This document shows positions 34,995 through 37,392 of a DNA stretch of 37,392 bases, in pieces. Every line of letters starts with the position of its first letter. The stretch's first letter is position 1. The DNA is from a virus (lineage: Duplodnaviria > Caudoviricetes). The stretch lies in IMG/VR virus record IMGVR_UViG_3300021579_000020, positions 1-37,392 of that record. One strand, 5' to 3'. The notes under the pieces are model-generated. The model did no database searches, had not been told where the DNA came from, and saw only the letters and a program-made list of their open reading frames with translations. The position numbers and the translations under genes are program-made.

Positions 34995-35315
34995 TTATTC
35001 AATCTTTAACAAAAACTCGTCGAGGCTATCAGCCCAAATGCCGATAGCATGGCACTTGTTTGTTTTAGCAAGGAAAGCTAACTGTTCCTTTGTTGGCTTC
35101 TTCCCAGTTGCCTTAGTCTCAATGTAAAATATTTTAAATCCCTCTTTCAAAGCAACTAAATCTGCAAAACCTTTTGTACCGTGAAAAGCGTAACGGATAT
35201 TACCCCCCTTTTCTTTAATCGCTGTACCGGCATTATTTATCCGGTACACCGTGTATCCATTCCATTCGAGCCAATTCTTAATGGCTGCCTTAACTTCGTT
35301 TTCAGATTGTTTTAT
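34995..35315 (-). CDS. VRR-NUC-domain nuclease (Holliday-junction-resolvase-like), apparent ATA start
   Basis: (M)KQSENEVKAAIKNWL...YRINN...KGFADLVA...YIETKA..KKPTKEQ..FL; SD AAGGAG 7 nt before ATA at 35315. Confidence 0.8.
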   Translation of the reverse strand: MKQSENEVKAAIKNWLEWNGYTVYRINNAGTAIKEKGGNIRYAFHGTKGFADLVALKEGFKIFYIETKATGKKPTKEQLAFLAKTNKCHAIGIWADSLDEFLLKIE

Positions 35316-35610
35316 TTTTATTCTCCTTTCTACAATATTTCTGAATGAGTGCCTTCTTGTATTTCTTTCTATATTTATATTTTGCTTCTAGTTCTGCCAG
35401 CCTTATTTTACGTGCTTTCTCAGCCTTCTCAGGTTCTGTTACAAACTTTTCAAGCTCCTTATAAAATGCTTCAAAATTCTCATCCAGCACACCGGCTAAA
35501 GGCATGCCGATTGTATTTTCAATCCAGTCACAACTTCTTTTTTCCCAGCCTAGTTTATTTAAAATTGATTCCATTTTCAACAAGTTTTCATTTATATCAA
35601 TGTTTTTCAT
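35302..35610 (-). CDS. Hypothetical protein with a Lys-rich C-terminus
   Basis: ATG overlaps the upstream stop (ATGA). Confidence 0.65.
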   Translation of the reverse strand: MKNIDINENLLKMESILNKLGWEKRSCDWIENTIGMPLAGVLDENFEAFYKELEKFVTEPEKAEKARKIRLAELEAKYKYRKKYKKALIQKYCRKENKNKTI

Positions 35611-35762
35611 TTGCAACAATCTTTCTTGTTTTGCTTCTTACAATTATCGCAAACTTCCAAAATAATACTTTCAATCTGATTTATCCGGCTATCTTGCAAA
35701 ATAGCCATAATAAGCATGCCAAATGCAAGGCCGCCGAATCCTATGGCAAAATACAGATACAT
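35607..35762 (-). CDS. Small membrane protein, 51 aa, with a Cys-rich tail
   Basis: SD AGGAGG; MYLYFAIGFGGLAFGMLIMAILQDSRI...CDNC...CCK. Confidence 0.75.
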   Translation of the reverse strand: MYLYFAIGFGGLAFGMLIMAILQDSRINQIESIILEVCDNCKKQNKKDCCK

Positions 35763-35765
35763 AAT

Positions 35766-35867
35766 TTACCTCCTTTCCTCAAAACTTGTGACCAATCCAA
35801 CAACCATAATGGTAGCAATCACACCAACGGTAAAACTTACTATTCCTATGGTAAAATGCAGTAACAT
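35766..35867 (-). CDS. Small membrane peptide, 33 aa
   Basis: SD AGGGG; MLLHFTIGIVSFTVGVIATIMVVGLVTSFEERR. Confidence 0.7.
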   Translation of the reverse strand: MLLHFTIGIVSFTVGVIATIMVVGLVTSFEERR

Positions 35868-35972
35868 TTATTTCCCCTTTCTTTCAAGTTTCGTGATCCT
35901 TGAATTCTGAAAACATGCATGAATCGCCAGAATCAAAATAAGAAAAGCTGTAAATCCAAAACCTATCATCAT
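35868..35972 (-). CDS. Small membrane peptide, 34 aa
   Basis: SD AAGGAG; MMIGFGFTAFLILILAIHACFQNSRITKLERKGK. Confidence 0.7.
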   Translation of the reverse strand: MMIGFGFTAFLILILAIHACFQNSRITKLERKGK

Positions 35973-36004
35973 TTTATTTACTCCTTTCAGTTTTCAAAAG
36001 ATAT

Positions 36005-36070
36005 AATCTACCCCAGCGAAGGGAGACTGTAGCCACGGGATAACTACAATCAGGGAAACTGGGGTAGATT
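36005..36070 (-). other. Extended hairpin with C/U-rich internal and terminal loops
   Basis: AAUCUACCCCAG/CUGGGGUAGAUU outer stem; UGUAGUUA/UGGCUACA inner stem; loop UCCCCG. Confidence 0.6.
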
Positions 36071-36073
36071 GTT

Positions 36074-36250
36074 TTAAAATATATTCCCATCTGGCCTATA
36101 CATAATTTTTATACAATTACATCCCTTGTATCTTATTTTCAACACAGTAAATATAGCTTTTATGAGCGAATTACCTTCGTATACCAGGCAATATCTGCTG
36201 CTCCATTCACTTTCTTTTCTCCATTCATAAATCACAAATTCATTTCCCAT
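36074..36250 (-). CDS. Hypothetical protein, 58 aa (MGNEFVIYEW...)
   Basis: AGGTG SD; starts 4 nt after the upstream stop; absent from the ORF track. Confidence 0.6.
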   Translation of the reverse strand: MGNEFVIYEWRKESEWSSRYCLVYEGNSLIKAIFTVLKIRYKGCNCIKIMYRPDGNIF

Positions 36251-36253
36251 GTT

Positions 36254-36931
36254 TCACCTAATCGAAACCGAATTAATTTGCTGAATATGGATGCCAGGCA
36301 CATGCCTGATACCGGATGATTTTATCCATGCCTTCAAAACTTGATCTTTAAAATCAATAACCGTTATGGGAATAGTTCCGGCAACAATGCCTTTGAGCAC
36401 AGTCATGGGGTCTTCGATTGTAATCTTGATATCACTTCTTCTGGTTGTACTTACATTTTCCGATTTTATAGTCTTGGGAATGTTATTTGGCACAATTACC
36501 GGGGCGTCGTAAATCATCTCTGCCTTTTCTATAAGCTCTTCAGCCTTTTCCACCTTCCCTTTTTCTTCAGCCTTTATGGCTTGTGCCAACAGCTTTTCAC
36601 GCTCTTTGTCGGCGATTGCCTTTGCTTCAGCTTCTGCTTTTGATTGTTCGAGTCGCCTCTTTATTTCTTGGTCATTAAGGTAGTTATTGATTTTCTCCCG
36701 GACAAAAGCTTCTGCACATTTTAACGGCTTGATTTCTTTTTCTTCTCGCTCTGCAACCGCATCTTTTGCAGGTTTTAGATTGGCAATATTTTTTGCTAAC
36801 ATGCCTTTGATTTTTTTAACAAATTCTGCTGCAAATAAATAATCGCTCTCGTTGTTTATTTGTACAAGTTTTGATTTGTTGTAGATTTCAACAACAGATG
36901 TTTCCCCATATTCCACTATTGTTTCACTCAT
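36254..36931 (-). CDS. Coiled-coil protein of the recombination module (Gam/gp157-like position)
   Basis: Long Glu/Lys/Ala helix plus C-terminal ..IPGI-type motif; directly follows the exonuclease. Confidence 0.65.
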   Translation of the reverse strand: MSETIVEYGETSVVEIYNKSKLVQINNESDYLFAAEFVKKIKGMLAKNIANLKPAKDAVAEREEKEIKPLKCAEAFVREKINNYLNDQEIKRRLEQSKAEAEAKAIADKEREKLLAQAIKAEEKGKVEKAEELIEKAEMIYDAPVIVPNNIPKTIKSENVSTTRRSDIKITIEDPMTVLKGIVAGTIPITVIDFKDQVLKAWIKSSGIRHVPGIHIQQINSVSIR

Positions 36932-37392
36932 TTTATTTCCCCTTCCATTTCTTAATAAGTTCCTCCGTTTCCGTTTTTACATTGTAAAAATTTAATAGCT
37001 TCCGGAACATTCCCCATGCTTGTTTATCTTCGGCGTTGGTTAGCGTAGTTTTGCCTTCTAAATCAATCTCCAGCACGTACAATTTCTTTGGTGGGAAATC
37101 AGGATACAACTTTGCATATGCCGCAAGCTGTATCGGGTCTAACACTTTATTATAAGGCCGTGATTTTATGTCGATAATGGCCTCCTCAAATACTAAATCT
37201 GGAGTTCCCCCGTAAAAAAGCTTTGGATGATACATTGGTTTTTCAACCACAGGTCTTTGTTTTTTTAAATCCAAAACAGTATAAGCTTCGTACCACTTTA
37301 TAAACCCTTCCAGAGGCTTAACCAAAGCCTCGTCCAGCAATTGGTTATAGTTTAACCATGACTCAATAGTGCTATGTAAGGCCGTGCCGAAT
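36856..37392. repeat. Terminal redundancy, copy 2 (allele 2; 6 bp longer)
   Basis: See 1-531. Confidence 0.95.
36933..37392 (-). CDS. Exonuclease allele 2, 5'-truncated by the window end
   Basis: Protein nearly identical to 78-677 except around WYEAYTVLDLKKQRPV. Confidence 0.85.
   Translation of the reverse strand, partial: FGTALHSTIESWLNYNQLLDEALVKPLEGFIKWYEAYTVLDLKKQRPVVEKPMYHPKLFYGGTPDLVFEEAIIDIKSRPYNKVLDPIQLAAYAKLYPDFPPKKLYVLEIDLEGKTTLTNAEDKQAWGMFRKLLNFYNVKTETEELIKKWKGK

Noticed and set aside
1-37392. tRNA/rRNA genes, introns, inteins, stop-codon reassignment
   Set aside because: No cloverleaf or rRNA-like sequence noticed; core genes are intact and of normal length in the standard code

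Overview
The window is an essentially complete, circularly permuted tailed-phage genome of about 36.86 kb: bases 1-531 recur at 36856-37392, but as a second, heavily synonymously diverged allele. The minus strand (34113-37392 plus 1-4600) carries a VRR-NUC nuclease, three tiny membrane peptides, a coiled-coil protein, a PD-(D/E)XK exonuclease, a Bet recombinase and a duplicated 'cassette' region driven by sigma54-type promoters. The plus strand carries a replication initiator with internal ori-like repeats, a DnaC/IstB-like loader, a lipoprotein, a decayed PAPS-reductase/ParB module, a DUF488-like moron, terminases, a Mu-like head (portal, gpF, gpG, protease, capsid, gp36/gp37), glycan-binding decoration proteins and a non-contractile tail with a -1 frameshifted chaperone. 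I could not recognise an integrase, transposase, repressor or endolysin. The most striking unexplained signal is a set of three sequence-unrelated ~92-107 nt leaders with one architecture: a 5' hairpin whose loop is exactly complementary to the loop of a downstream intrinsic terminator, each with its own loop sequence, in front of the replication and recombination genes. Protein calls come from motif recognition by eye; no searches were run.
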